A stretch of 64,000 bases of DNA from an uncultured Bacillota bacterium (GCA_900317975.1 ONIZ01000002.1:6473-70472); one strand, 5' to 3'; numbered from the stretch's first letter, positions 33,801 to 44,976 are shown. Numbers and translations are program-made. Notes: generated by a model from the sequence alone, not told the origin.

Positions 33801-36800
33801 ATGTTTGAAAATGAGATTTAACAGTTAAATAATCTGCTTTAAAAGATTCATTATCTGTAACTTTTTCAGTAAGCGCTTTAAGTCTATTTCTTATATCTTT
33901 TGGTAATTTTTTACCTTTTATTTCTCTAAGTTCATTTATTTTATCTCTTAAATTTCTTAATTCTTCTATATTCAAATGACTTAATAATAATATCATATCT
34001 ATACCTTTAGAAGTAACAGCATTTGCATTAACAAATATTTTATTTATTTCTTTAATTTTTTCTAATTTATCAGCATTTTGAGAAAAATGTTCTCCACCAT
34101 ACACATCTAAATAAAATTTATCTTTATAAATAGGTTTTTTAAATCTAACTTGATTTATTAAAGCATCATCACTTAATATAGAAGCATTAGAGCGCAATTT
34201 AGAATTTTCCATAGCATTTTTAATACCACGTTGTTGTTCTAATGATAATTTTCTTCCATCAATTCTACCAAATTCATCAACAAAACCATTACGTTTACAC
34301 CAAATAGTAATATTTTTAAAAGTAGAATGTTTACTTCCTCTTAAAATTTCATAATTTTTAGAAATTTCTTTTAATGTTTTTTCATTTATACTATATATAG
34401 AATTTTTATTTACCCATACATATGCTTCTTTATAAGAAGGATTTTCTAATTTAGCATTTAAAGAAAGTCCTGGATGAAGTTTATCAAATTCAGAAATAAT
34501 ATCTAAATAATGACGAATAGTTTTAACCCATGAATCAGTAGGCTCATATTCTTTATATTTAGAATTTATTTCTTTTAACGATTTTATATAATGATTAAGT
34601 ATTTGTGCTTGTCTATCGATATAAATATTATCAGACGACATCGAAATTATTTCTCCATCTTCAGTTGTATCAAATTCACCTTTAGTTTCTTGTGTTAATT
34701 CAGATAATCTAGAATGTATTTCTTTAATTCTTTTTATATCACTTTCTGTCATAGCAGAAGCATCATATGTAAACCCAGATAATTCATCTTTAAGTTTATT
34801 ATATTCAATAAAATAATTAATAGCATTTTCTCCATTTATAGTTTCATCACCATATAAAATTCTTCTAGTAGCTTCATTTATAGCATCATAATATTCTTTT
34901 ACTAAAAGTTGTTCAACATTTTTAGCAAACCATTCATCTCTTTCTAATTTTGCTTTTAACGCTTGTTCTGAATATTTACCATATTTAGCCATTGCTTCTA
35001 TATAATTATCTATAACAGTTTGTTTATCTTCAAAATATTTATCATTATATTTTTGTATATATTTTCCATGTTCATCTATAATTTTATTCATATCTATATT
35101 TCCAGATTTCATTATATTATCATATTTTTCTTGAAATTCTCTAACTGCATCTGGAGCTTCAATATCTCTAACTCTATCTATAATACCATAAACAAGTTTT
35201 AAAACTGTTTGTATTTGTTTATTATTTGTAAATCCTGCATCAGCAATTTGTAAATCAAACCAATTTATATCACCAAACTGAGTACGAAGTTTTATTAAAT
35301 CATGTCTAATTAATGGATTATTTGAATATTTTTTAGCAATATAAATATTAAATATATTACTAATCGCTCCATTTTCACCATTAAGAAGATTATTATTTCT
35401 AATTAAATTTATAGACTTTCTTATAGTTTCTATACTTTTATTAATAATTTCATCCTCTACTTCAACGTCTAAACTAAATACTTCACCTATATCTCTACCA
35501 AAATTTTTAGCATTGAGAATTAACGCAATCAAATCATCATAATATTCAGGATATTTTAATAATTCTTCATATAAATTTGGATTACCAATATTAAAATCTT
35601 TTTTATTTTCTCCTTCACCTATAACATAATGTTTCATTCTATCTAAAAGAAGATTTGCTTCTTGTTCATAATATGAAGCTGCAGAAACAAATATATTTCT
35701 TTTATTTTTTATAACAGAATCTTTATCATCTACAATTAATTCACCAGTAGAAACTTTTCTAGCAAATCTTTGTATTATACTATTATCTGAACGTTTTGAG
35801 CGATTATACATTCTTTTTGCTAATTCTCCAGCAAATTTATCTATAGGTTCAACTTTTGAGTCTAAAGGCCTACTTACATCATCTTCATCTATAAGTAAAT
35901 TAGTTACAGCTGCTTTAATTTTTCTTTCATTATCTTCTTCTTTAACAGCTTCATTTAATTCCTCATCAGTTTTATATCCAATTTCTACACTCAATAACAT
36001 ATGTTTATCAGCAAATTTATTTTTAAATAAATAATCTATTAAATTATCTTCAGCTTTATTAGAGGTATATTTTTTCTTACCACTTATAGCATTATCTCTT
36101 AAAATTCTTTTAAGACTTTCTAAGTTTTTACGTTTATAAGGTTTTATTATTATTGTATGAAGTTCTCCATCAACAAGTATATCTTGAATTATAGAAGTAT
36201 TTTCTTTAAATAAATTCATTAAATAAGGATTTAAAGTTGCAGCAACAGTATATTTCTTTATATCATCTCCTTCTACAGGGGTTTTAATAAAATCAGTTAT
36301 TTGTTCAATAAACATTTCTATTCCTTTTTTAGAACTTTCATCTCCTTTTTCTCCATTTAATATTTGTTGAAATTCATCATTTTCCATTTTTTCAGCAGCA
36401 TAAACAGGAATTTTATAATTTTCTACTTTATCTTCAGCTGTCGCTCTATTTTCATATTTATATTTATCTAAATCTACAGTAGGTAATACTTTTATAATAT
36501 CTTTAAATTGAGTTTCATAATACTCGTGTTTATATAAAGGATTATTCTCTTCTTTTACAGAATAATCATTATATTCATTTTCTTCTAATATTCCAATAGG
36601 ATATAAATATATTCCATATAAAGCATTTTCTATTTCTATTCTTTCTACTTTATATAATTCAATTTTATCATTCTTTGATTTTATTTTTACAAATCCTTTA
36701 GTTTGATCAGAACCTAAAATTTTCTTTATCAAAGATTGATTTGGACTATTTTTATTGCCTACTTTTATTAAAACACTTCTATCAGAATTTGTACTATTAT

Positions 36801-39800
36801 AAAATATACTTTTTTCACTTGAATTTGTATCTTTTGAAATAGTAGTATTTAAATTTAATTCTTTTATAAATGTATGATGTTGTCTAATAAATCTTTCTAT
36901 AAATGTATTTCCAGATTTTTCTCTAATATCTATATCATGCAATTGAGAGCTTAATTCTTCTACAAAACTATAATTAGGATTAATTGTAAATCCATAATCA
37001 TTATTAGATGTATAAAGAAAATCATTTGTTATAATTCTAGAAATTCCACCAAATTTAAAATTATCTCCTTCAACAATAAATGCATATTTAACTAAATCTG
37101 CAGCAGCTAATTTAATTAAAGGATTTTTACTAAATGCAGCTTTTCTAAAAGCAGAATATAAAATTTCAACATCATTACCAAATTTAACTTTCAGGCTATT
37201 TATGTTTACCCCGTAGAGGGAATAACTGCCACGAGAAATATAATTTGTTTCAATATAATTAAATATTTCAGCATTATTTCTAAAATGTAATTTAATCCAA
37301 TCTACTTTTTGTGCAGGAGTTAATTTACTAAAAGCTTTAATTTCTTCTTTTGTAGGTTTTTCTATATTATTTACTTTAATATCCCTATATCCTTGTACAC
37401 CAAATCCAAAAATTCTCATTTTTTCTCTATTCCAATAATTTGCATGAGGTGTAACAGTATTAGCATCGTTTTCTGTATTTTTTTCAGAAATATCTAAATT
37501 TTCAATATCCGGAATAAATCTATTATATTTATCTACAATTAAAGGTGTAACAAGAGTTTTATTTTCATTAAATACACTGCTTACAATATATTTTTTATAT
37601 TCTTTGTATTCATCATTTGTTAATCTTCTACCTAATTTATGTTCTATTAATTCACATAAACTAAATGTTTTATTATCATTAAATAGTTCTACTAATCCAT
37701 AATAACCTAAACTAAATTCAGGACTTTCTAAGTCAAATAATTGACTATTTATTACAACAGATGGAATTGTAGTATACTTTAAAAAACTTGCTAAATATTC
37801 ATAAGAACTATCTTTTTCTCTTAATCCACTACGTTCAAATAAACCTGGATACAAAGATTGTAAAAATGGAATATCTTTATCATTTGTAATTTCAAATATA
37901 GCATCATTATTTGCATTAAATCCATAATTATATATATTTATTAAAGCTTCTTTAGTATCATGAATAGTTTGTTTTGCACCAAATTTATCAGGATTACAAC
38001 ATTGAACTAAATTTTCTATATTTTTTGTTATACCATTTAATTGAGAATAAATAGAAAGAACTTGAAATTGATGTAATAAAGTATCATTTCCATTTAATGC
38101 ATTATATAAATCTTTAACGTTTATTATATTTTCATCAGAAAGTTTAAAAAATTCTTTTCCCTTTTTTATAACTGTTTTTAAATCAGAATAATTACTAACT
38201 TCATTATATCCAGCTTCATTTAATATTTGAACCATAGTTTCAACTATAGCATTATTATTATCATTTATATAAATAGATTTATTATTATTAAAATTTTTAA
38301 CTAATTTAGTAATAGCAGGTTGAGCCAAAAATCCTATAGCTGTGCTATAATCTATTCCTAAGTCTATTAATGTTTTAAATATTCCAAATGTGTCTTCAGT
38401 TTCATTTATAATAGCACCTTCTTTTACAGCATCGAGAATATGAGCAGTTGTTTCAGAAGAATATACTGTCATTAAACGACCTAAAATATTGCGATTTGTA
38501 GTTTTACCATTATGTGAATGCCATCCTAGTTCATCATGAGCAACAATATATTCATCATCATTACTTTCTCTATATTCGTTATATAAGCTTTTTAAATTAT
38601 CTTTTTTATCTTTTAAAGTTTCTCCTTCAAATATATCTTCATAAGATTTTTTATCACTATTATATATTTGCTGATTTAAATCATAAGCTACTAAAATAGG
38701 AGTTTTTAATTTTCCATGTATTTTATTAGAAACAGATAAAAATGTATCACGTTGTACAGATAGTGCTTTTAATCTAGCTCCCATAATAGCATCTTCAAAA
38801 AATTGAATTTGTGTTAAAGTATTTGCAACAGCTTGATTATGTTTTGATTTTATTGCTTCAAGTTTAGAGATAGTTTTATTAACAGCAGTTATATCATCAA
38901 AATTAGAACGTGACATATTTTCTTCAAATGAAGAATCATTTTTAAGTATCTCTAAAAAATTATCTATTATATTATTATTTCTTGCTTCTCTAATTTGTTG
39001 TTCTAATATAGGTAATTTTATAAATTCGTCATATTTTATAAGATTATATTCATTTGCTAAATCGTTTATAGCAGATAATAATGCAGCGTGATAAGATTCT
39101 TTTTCAGATTCTATTCTATTCCAATTATCAGATATATTATTTAATTCATTTGTAATAGCTTTTCTATCATTTATTATATCTATTAGTTCTTGTATAGAAC
39201 TTTTAATTTGAGGATTAATTTTAGGACTTTTTAAAAATATTTTAAATTGTTCAATATAATGTTTATCTCTTATTTCTAAATCACCATAAGCATCATTTAT
39301 TTTTTTCATATTTCTGCTAATCATTTCTTTTATATTAGCAGGTAATGATTGAATTAATTCATTTTGTTGTTTATAATTATTTTTAAAATAATCAGTATTT
39401 TGTAATTTAGCTTGTATATTATTAATATCTTTTAAAATATTAGATATATTATTTCTTTTTTCTTCATTTAAAAGTTTATTATCTTTGTTTAATGTATCTT
39501 GTAATGTTTTTATTCTACCATTTTTAATTAGTTGTTTTATATAAGCTATATATCTATTTTCTCTATCTAATTGAGTATCTTTATTATTTTCATTTATTTT
39601 TTCAAAATTTTTAGTTTTTTCATTATATCTAAAATTATGACATATACCATAAATAGAGTCAACATCAAAGTCAGAACCTGTTTGAGTAACCCATTCATTA
39701 GGAACAAATATTGTACTACCATAAATATCATCGACAAAACCAACAACTTTCATTATTGCAACAGATTGTTTTCCTTCAGTAGGAATACGATAGCCAATAT

Positions 39801-42800
39801 GTTCTAATAATTTAGCATCATTTAATTTTTTAAGAATTTCTTCATCAAACTTTTGTTGTTCTTTTTCTATTCTAGTATAATATACATCATTACTTTCATT
39901 TTCTTTTTTAGGCGTACGTTTATATTTAGGAATATTCATACTCCAACGAGGAATAAGAACTTCTATATATGGAACATAATTTCCTTTCTCGTCACTATGA
40001 TATTTTAATGTACGTATTTTTCCAGTAGTATCTCTAACACCTGTACCTACACCTGATACTTGTGCCATATGCCAACCTGGAAGAGTTTGTTTTCTAACTG
40101 AAGAATTAAACAAAGCTTGAGTAACACTTTCTTGTTTTTCACTATTTATATTCATAAAATTAGGCATTTTAGGATAGCCAGCAGTTTCATCTATTTCAAA
40201 ATATTCTTTAAAATTACTATCCATTCCAAGTCTTTCTGCTTCTTGTAATGCTCTTATATAGAATTCTCTAAAATCAAGTAATTCTTTTCCATTGCTACGA
40301 TTAACAATTCTTCCAGTATTTTTATCAATCATCCAACCCATATTAAAAAGCATTTGATCATAACTTGCTTTAATATTAGTTGAAAAATTAGTTATAAATG
40401 CGTTTACAAATTTATCTACATCTTCTGTAGCATTATCAATTATTTTCTTTGTAATTTGTAAACCTGCTTTATTAACTTCATCTTTGGTATGTTCAGCTAC
40501 ATCTTGCTGTTTCCAAAGATTTCTATAATAATAATCTTCTACTACATTATAATTATAATTTCTATTATCTCCATCTAAAGGGGAACTAATTTGAGAAATA
40601 AATTCATCATAATTAACAACTTTTTGATTATTATCCCAAAATGTTAAAATATCTCTATTGGCTGCTTTAGAAGTTTCTATTGTATTAACTTGATCTATAC
40701 CAGCTTCAACCATAGCGTTATATAATTTCTCTAAATCAGTTCCAACTAATAATTCAGGAATAAGTACAAATTCAGCATTTTTTATTTGACGAGGATACAT
40801 TGTTCCTGTCTTTTTATCTGTTTGTATATCAAAATAAAAATTCTTTTGTACTTGTATTCTTTTATTTATAGAATTAATATCAACGTCTGCAAGAGTTATT
40901 TCTTTAGAACGAAGTTTATTAATAGTTTCAATTAAATCTTTATATTCATTATAAGTGCCATCAGCATACCTACGTCTTATCCATTCTTCAAAAGTTATAT
41001 ACGATTGAGCATCATTAACTTTAGTTTTAGCATTAGTAAAAGCGTCACTTAAATAATTTACTAATCTATTAGCAACAGATTTAGAAACAATACCATCTGC
41101 TACTTTTTTATCCATAGTTTTTTGCAATTGTTTTTTAATAATATCTCCTTGCTCACTTGTTTTTACTGTATTTTCAATAGTTATTGCTCTAAAACCGTTT
41201 CTTGCATATATAGGAACTTGTTTAATTATCCATTTTTCTTTTCCATTTTCATCTTTAGTTCTAACTTTTATATTAGATGTAGTTATTAATTCTTCTTTTC
41301 CGTTATATTTTAAATTATGTATATCTGTTCCAGGTTGCTCATAAATATCACCACCATAATAAACTTGTCCACCAGCTTGAACTTCTTTTGCTCGTTTTAA
41401 AAAAGTACGTATATCATCTTGACGATTACCTTCATCGTCTTCAGACCATTTATTATAAAATTTATTATCACCTGTAATTATAGGTTCTGTGGCAAGTCTT
41501 ATATAAGTTGTCGCTAAAACAAAATTAACAACATCTAAGTTTGTTTTATTTAATTTTTTAAGATTTATATCCAATACATTAGAATATTCATTTAAAGCAT
41601 CTGTAGTATCTTTTTGAAATTCCATTAGCCAATCTGATACAACATCATCTAAAATATTATCTATTTCTTCAGTATATTTAAAATCTACAATAACTTTTTG
41701 TCCTTTTTTATTTATATTAAGTTTTATAATATCAGAATCTTCATTTATATATAAATTGTCTTTATCATCTGTATAAAATAATGAATTAGTATTTACATCC
41801 CCGTAGAGTGATAATTTATTATTTAATATGCTATCTACATCAAAATTACCAATTTTAAATAATTTATCAAATCTAAAGAAATTACCAACTAATTTTCCAT
41901 TTTCTATTATTTTATTGCCTTTTCTATGAACTAAATTAATAAGTCCTTTTTTAGATTTAGCTATTTTCCAATTGTTTCCACCAACTTTATCATTATCTTC
42001 AGTTTCTATAACATTTCCTAGTTGATGTATATAATTATATAATTCAGATTTTAATAATTGTTTGTAACCTAGAAATATTTCAGAATTTTTATTTATTTTT
42101 CTTTCTATAGAATTCTCTTCAATTTCATTTTCTATAATATTATTTTTAAATATGCTTACAAATGTATCTGTTAATGTATCTTCTAAAAATTTATTTTTTA
42201 ATACATATAAATTATTAATTTCACTAAATTTAAATATTTTTTTACTATTATCTACATATTCTATTTTCATTTCTAAATAAAATGTAGTATCGCCTTCTTT
42301 ATAAATTATTGGAACAGTAGAAACCCCATTACTATTTTTAATCGAGAAAGCATAACTTCTATATGTATCATTATTTTTACCAATTAATGTTCTAAAAAAT
42401 TTAGATTTGTCAAAATTATGTTGTTCTCCAAGTCTGTTTAATTTATTATTTAATTCATATTCAAAATCAGTTTTAGCCAATTCATTTATTTTTGTAACTT
42501 TATTATTATAAAGTGATATAAATTTTGCAACAGCTACAGAATCTTTTCCATCATAACTAAAAATATCATCTGTTTTAATAGGAGGAACAGACATTATATA
42601 ATTTTTTTGAGCATCTGATGGAGTATCTAAGAAAAATGCTAATCCTTTTTCTTCTGTGCCTGGTTGATTAATACCATTAAAAAATGCTAAAAGTTGTGTA
42701 AAGAAATAATCACTTTTTGTAGCAGATTGATATGTTACTGATTGGCTATAATCTGTTTTTTGAATACCATCAAAAAGAAATATATCAAAATACTTTTTAA

Positions 42801-44976
42801 AATTTTCATTTACAACTATATTTCCTTCATTATCTTTTATAAATAAACCTGGTCTTATAATTCTACCTTTTCTATCTTTTAATCCATAAAAAAATGGATT
42901 TTCTTCTATTTGACTTAAATTACCATATCTTCTAATTAAAGTTCTACTTCCTTTTAAACTACTTTCTTTAATAGCCTCAAAAAGATTACTAATATGGCTA
43001 TTTGCTATAAGATTAGAAGAATTATTACCATTTGCATTAGGTGAATTTAAATCAATTGTAGTAGTATTATAACTTGTTAAAAGTTTTGTTATTGTAATTA
43101 AAGAAGCTTTAATACTTTTTTCATTTTCTATATCAATTGTTTCTTCTAAACTAAAAGTTGGACGTATGGGAGATTTAAGATTTGTACTTTTTATAACATT
43201 ATTAGCTAAATCTTCCATTTCTTTATCAAAGGCTCTTCTTTTTTCTCTATATTCGCTATATTCTTTATTAAATTTATCTCTTCCATTACTATATTTTTTA
43301 TATAATCTGTCAATTTCTTTAGAAAGTTGTTTTACATGGTGTAATAAATTAAGTACATCGGCATAAGGAGCATTTTCTATAAAATCAGAAATTGCTGTAA
43401 AATTATAATTTGGTGCAATAGTTCTAAAAAAATCAATAATAGGTCCAATAAGTTTAATTTTTTCTTCATTAGACATATTTTCACTAATATTTAATTTAGA
43501 AATTTTTTCTTGTAATTCAGAAGAAACATTCAAAAAATTAATTGTATAATCATTACGCAATCTTAAATATTCTTTATTGACTGCGTCTGCATCATTATTA
43601 CTTCTAGAAAATTCAAATTGATTTGTTTCTGGATTTATTTTTACAGTAGCTTTTTTAACTTTGTAATGAGCTAAATTTCTATATATATTTCTAGCAAAAA
43701 CAGGATTATTTTTCATTTCTACAATCATTGGCATAATTCCATAAAATTCAGGAATTTCAGTAGCCATTTTAGTAAGTTTTTCTATAAGAGACTCTATAGA
43801 ATTAAAACTATCTATAGTTTTGACATTTTTAATCAATTGAATATAAAGATTTTCTCCATCATAATTTTCTTTTACTCCTAAAGGATTATTTCTAGAATAG
43901 TTAGGAATTTCATTTTCTCCAGTTGTATAAGGAGAATCTAATTTATATAATACAGTTCCTAAATATATTTGAAAATTACTATCAATTAATTTTTTATAAC
44001 TATTGGCTACTTTACCTTTATCCCAACCATTATCTTCATTTCTATCTTGTTCTGCATTTTCAAAATCTATAGCGTCGTCGAAATCTGTGACTTCATAAAT
44101 ATCATCAACGTCTAATTTTGAAAATTGTTGACTAACTTTATTAACTGTAGCTAAAGATTTTACTTCAGTAAACCAAATAGCATAATTATACATAACTTGA
44201 TTATATAATGCAGTATAATTTTTAACTTCAGTAGTTCCAAATATTTCTATAAAATTTAATAAAAATGCATTTCGTTCAACAGCTTTAGCTTTTAATAAAT
44301 CATTTATTTCTTTTTTATTTTCAGCAGCAGCATTTTTAAAATCATTTTGCAATTGTATCAATTCATTATTTAATTTTTTTAATTCTATTAATTTAGAACT
44401 TAAAATTTTTTCTTCATCTGTTAATTTATCAGAGTTATTTTCTATTTCTGATTCTTTAATTTTAATAAATGATGGAAGCACATATCCATAATATTCATCT
44501 TTTATTTCATTTTTAGTAATATCAAATATTTTTTCAATAGATTCATTTTGATGTTTTAAATAATTAATTCTTATTCTATTTGCAGTATAATTTTTTCCAT
44601 ATTCTAATGCAATTTGATTTTCAAATCCTCTAAGCTCATATCCTTCTCTTATAGCAGCATAATCTTTAACATTTTCGTTAGTTACTCTATAGTATCTGTT
44701 AAAAATTGCACTTAATTGATTAAAATTATAATTTTTTAATTCTTCGATAGTTTTAAGTTTATTATCTTCAGAATAATTTAATCGTAAATCGCTATTTATA
44801 CTTTCTAAATATTGATTTGCAATTTTAACTACTTCATCCAAATGATGTTCTAAACCATAAGCAATAGTTATTGCTTTAAGTTTATTGTTTCCTGCAACTT
44901 GGTCACTTTCTATGACTCTTTTTATACTCGGAGTTATTATTTCCGATGTATTTAAATGAAAAATAAGACAATTCAT
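30805..44976 (-). CDS. giant virion-associated protein (4723 aa) containing a two-barrel RNA polymerase-like catalytic motif
   Basis: An uninterrupted 14.2-kb ORF. GSDFDVDS (39658-39672, rc) fits the DxDxD metal site of double-psi beta-barrel RNAPs as reported for crAss-like virion RNAPs. A hydrophobic segment lies near the C-terminus. Confidence 0.7.
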   Translation of the reverse strand: MNCLIFHLNTSEIITPSIKRVIESDQVAGNNKLKAITIAYGLEHHLDEVVKIANQYLESINSDLRLNYSEDNKLKTIEELKNYNFNQLSAIFNRYYRVTNENVKDYAAIREGYELRGFENQIALEYGKNYTANRIRINYLKHQNESIEKIFDITKNEIKDEYYGYVLPSFIKIKESEIENNSDKLTDEEKILSSKLIELKKLNNELIQLQNDFKNAAAENKKEINDLLKAKAVERNAFLLNFIEIFGTTEVKNYTALYNQVMYNYAIWFTEVKSLATVNKVSQQFSKLDVDDIYEVTDFDDAIDFENAEQDRNEDNGWDKGKVANSYKKLIDSNFQIYLGTVLYKLDSPYTTGENEIPNYSRNNPLGVKENYDGENLYIQLIKNVKTIDSFNSIESLIEKLTKMATEIPEFYGIMPMIVEMKNNPVFARNIYRNLAHYKVKKATVKINPETNQFEFSRSNNDADAVNKEYLRLRNDYTINFLNVSSELQEKISKLNISENMSNEEKIKLIGPIIDFFRTIAPNYNFTAISDFIENAPYADVLNLLHHVKQLSKEIDRLYKKYSNGRDKFNKEYSEYREKRRAFDKEMEDLANNVIKSTNLKSPIRPTFSLEETIDIENEKSIKASLITITKLLTSYNTTTIDLNSPNANGNNSSNLIANSHISNLFEAIKESSLKGSRTLIRRYGNLSQIEENPFFYGLKDRKGRIIRPGLFIKDNEGNIVVNENFKKYFDIFLFDGIQKTDYSQSVTYQSATKSDYFFTQLLAFFNGINQPGTEEKGLAFFLDTPSDAQKNYIMSVPPIKTDDIFSYDGKDSVAVAKFISLYNNKVTKINELAKTDFEYELNNKLNRLGEQHNFDKSKFFRTLIGKNNDTYRSYAFSIKNSNGVSTVPIIYKEGDTTFYLEMKIEYVDNSKKIFKFSEINNLYVLKNKFLEDTLTDTFVSIFKNNIIENEIEENSIERKINKNSEIFLGYKQLLKSELYNYIHQLGNVIETEDNDKVGGNNWKIAKSKKGLINLVHRKGNKIIENGKLVGNFFRFDKLFKIGNFDVDSILNNKLSLYGDVNTNSLFYTDDKDNLYINEDSDIIKLNINKKGQKVIVDFKYTEEIDNILDDVVSDWLMEFQKDTTDALNEYSNVLDINLKKLNKTNLDVVNFVLATTYIRLATEPIITGDNKFYNKWSEDDEGNRQDDIRTFLKRAKEVQAGGQVYYGGDIYEQPGTDIHNLKYNGKEELITTSNIKVRTKDENGKEKWIIKQVPIYARNGFRAITIENTVKTSEQGDIIKKQLQKTMDKKVADGIVSKSVANRLVNYLSDAFTNAKTKVNDAQSYITFEEWIRRRYADGTYNEYKDLIETINKLRSKEITLADVDINSINKRIQVQKNFYFDIQTDKKTGTMYPRQIKNAEFVLIPELLVGTDLEKLYNAMVEAGIDQVNTIETSKAANRDILTFWDNNQKVVNYDEFISQISSPLDGDNRNYNYNVVEDYYYRNLWKQQDVAEHTKDEVNKAGLQITKKIIDNATEDVDKFVNAFITNFSTNIKASYDQMLFNMGWMIDKNTGRIVNRSNGKELLDFREFYIRALQEAERLGMDSNFKEYFEIDETAGYPKMPNFMNINSEKQESVTQALFNSSVRKQTLPGWHMAQVSGVGTGVRDTTGKIRTLKYHSDEKGNYVPYIEVLIPRWSMNIPKYKRTPKKENESNDVYYTRIEKEQQKFDEEILKKLNDAKLLEHIGYRIPTEGKQSVAIMKVVGFVDDIYGSTIFVPNEWVTQTGSDFDVDSIYGICHNFRYNEKTKNFEKINENNKDTQLDRENRYIAYIKQLIKNGRIKTLQDTLNKDNKLLNEEKRNNISNILKDINNIQAKLQNTDYFKNNYKQQNELIQSLPANIKEMISRNMKKINDAYGDLEIRDKHYIEQFKIFLKSPKINPQIKSSIQELIDIINDRKAITNELNNISDNWNRIESEKESYHAALLSAINDLANEYNLIKYDEFIKLPILEQQIREARNNNIIDNFLEILKNDSSFEENMSRSNFDDITAVNKTISKLEAIKSKHNQAVANTLTQIQFFEDAIMGARLKALSVQRDTFLSVSNKIHGKLKTPILVAYDLNQQIYNSDKKSYEDIFEGETLKDKKDNLKSLYNEYRESNDDEYIVAHDELGWHSHNGKTTNRNILGRLMTVYSSETTAHILDAVKEGAIINETEDTFGIFKTLIDLGIDYSTAIGFLAQPAITKLVKNFNNNKSIYINDNNNAIVETMVQILNEAGYNEVSNYSDLKTVIKKGKEFFKLSDENIINVKDLYNALNGNDTLLHQFQVLSIYSQLNGITKNIENLVQCCNPDKFGAKQTIHDTKEALINIYNYGFNANNDAIFEITNDKDIPFLQSLYPGLFERSGLREKDSSYEYLASFLKYTTIPSVVINSQLFDLESPEFSLGYYGLVELFNDNKTFSLCELIEHKLGRRLTNDEYKEYKKYIVSSVFNENKTLVTPLIVDKYNRFIPDIENLDISEKNTENDANTVTPHANYWNREKMRIFGFGVQGYRDIKVNNIEKPTKEEIKAFSKLTPAQKVDWIKLHFRNNAEIFNYIETNYISRGSYSLYGVNINSLKVKFGNDVEILYSAFRKAAFSKNPLIKLAAADLVKYAFIVEGDNFKFGGISRIITNDFLYTSNNDYGFTINPNYSFVEELSSQLHDIDIREKSGNTFIERFIRQHHTFIKELNLNTTISKDTNSSEKSIFYNSTNSDRSVLIKVGNKNSPNQSLIKKILGSDQTKGFVKIKSKNDKIELYKVERIEIENALYGIYLYPIGILEENEYNDYSVKEENNPLYKHEYYETQFKDIIKVLPTVDLDKYKYENRATAEDKVENYKIPVYAAEKMENDEFQQILNGEKGDESSKKGIEMFIEQITDFIKTPVEGDDIKKYTVAATLNPYLMNLFKENTSIIQDILVDGELHTIIIKPYKRKNLESLKRILRDNAISGKKKYTSNKAEDNLIDYLFKNKFADKHMLLSVEIGYKTDEELNEAVKEEDNERKIKAAVTNLLIDEDDVSRPLDSKVEPIDKFAGELAKRMYNRSKRSDNSIIQRFARKVSTGELIVDDKDSVIKNKRNIFVSAASYYEQEANLLLDRMKHYVIGEGENKKDFNIGNPNLYEELLKYPEYYDDLIALILNAKNFGRDIGEVFSLDVEVEDEIINKSIETIRKSINLIRNNNLLNGENGAISNIFNIYIAKKYSNNPLIRHDLIKLRTQFGDINWFDLQIADAGFTNNKQIQTVLKLVYGIIDRVRDIEAPDAVREFQEKYDNIMKSGNIDMNKIIDEHGKYIQKYNDKYFEDKQTVIDNYIEAMAKYGKYSEQALKAKLERDEWFAKNVEQLLVKEYYDAINEATRRILYGDETINGENAINYFIEYNKLKDELSGFTYDASAMTESDIKRIKEIHSRLSELTQETKGEFDTTEDGEIISMSSDNIYIDRQAQILNHYIKSLKEINSKYKEYEPTDSWVKTIRHYLDIISEFDKLHPGLSLNAKLENPSYKEAYVWVNKNSIYSINEKTLKEISKNYEILRGSKHSTFKNITIWCKRNGFVDEFGRIDGRKLSLEQQRGIKNAMENSKLRSNASILSDDALINQVRFKKPIYKDKFYLDVYGGEHFSQNADKLEKIKEINKIFVNANAVTSKGIDMILLLSHLNIEELRNLRDKINELREIKGKKLPKDIRNRLKALTEKVTDNESFKADYLTVKSHFQTSEPAKFAIWLQMFVEHDSETGDLVMEDNTYVPEYLFYGYRSPIESQKDKYIDKEKTAARNFIDENIEYVTNEYYKEAWDNAVNNGAFEEWFEANHIYNQFTKRYETIPIWSNMRIKNEVSRNKYEYIPTFDNSERNPRHDDEVDYRNPNYKTYGSHFKEDTADKKYINEKYSKANLNDNEIKMLNFLINTARKYVINNGQRSFADTYAPRLMEHRADKKFRRNVVLDILGVNYRSSANDKWHEEIGYLYDSDPDFQMFELLKNEGYKERVKARPRNEGETDEQYSKYLNDIKKENEEIHKNNLELDSAMLNRNWREVYSQLVLNGENYLARNKAKNSLYLLLEDLLENDAIKGNRITGKPIVNKNSSNNPEMIKYLTEKQEHAFKIMQTFARRVIYDEYKKQHKLTGAANLLQGFTSSKYMMLNIHGGIANVSTGLVNILAERFAGEYFSNKAWWKAEAKYGANVLSAIADMYYDDASSFTNGLIKLINAVDYDEINGELVKSATAVEFARRLNDFLFSPNSMGEHFMQNTAALAMIEDARIYEDGNGGYRIGNINDYMRDIEIETLKEIITEWGDSYKINSTSIITLFNNYIKNIKKDKKVQYDYDTFKKDICMDFIQLITRQANDNSKLANEYIKRRKSAIEKAKKEFETKDRLIDQFEFKLNKNGDGRGVTRIKHDSKLNINPSTGELDSTIGNTTFKEFTRRIIYVNKKIHGVYDKLGRATIENEFWGSLVMQYHKHIYPGIMKRYRGIFGGGGYYNELLEGVEMGSYTSLLRFLSTEFRNLDLKKKQIIDENGNIVDTDISALESLQNIAHAFIATITHISLNWNLLPAWEQRNILRAIGDIAGIIGTALLVIGMYAMWDDEDFKDDLLLANTLYTANRMFSEAYMYLPTGMISEFDSLWASPVAGSSNIKDIMKGFEILSEILFNDDFNPKYTTGQYKGRYKLEVLATRNIPVYRIYKNILNMGARNSYYNGGTGNSKAQAGLREIGKSLKE
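36269..36281 (-). repeat. dispersed GC-rich motif copy (rc cccctgtagaagg), in the giant RNAP-like gene
   Basis: Translated as TPVEGD. Confidence 0.7.
37209..37220 (+). repeat. dispersed GC-rich motif copy (ccccgtagaggg), in the giant RNAP-like gene
   Basis: Translated on the reverse strand as SLYGV. Confidence 0.65.
40571..40583 (-). repeat. dispersed GC-rich motif variant (rc cccctttagatgg), in the giant RNAP-like gene
   Basis: A weaker copy. Confidence 0.45.
41799..41810 (+). repeat. dispersed GC-rich motif copy (ccccgtagagtg), in the giant RNAP-like gene
   Basis: Translated on the reverse strand as SLYGD. Confidence 0.6.
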
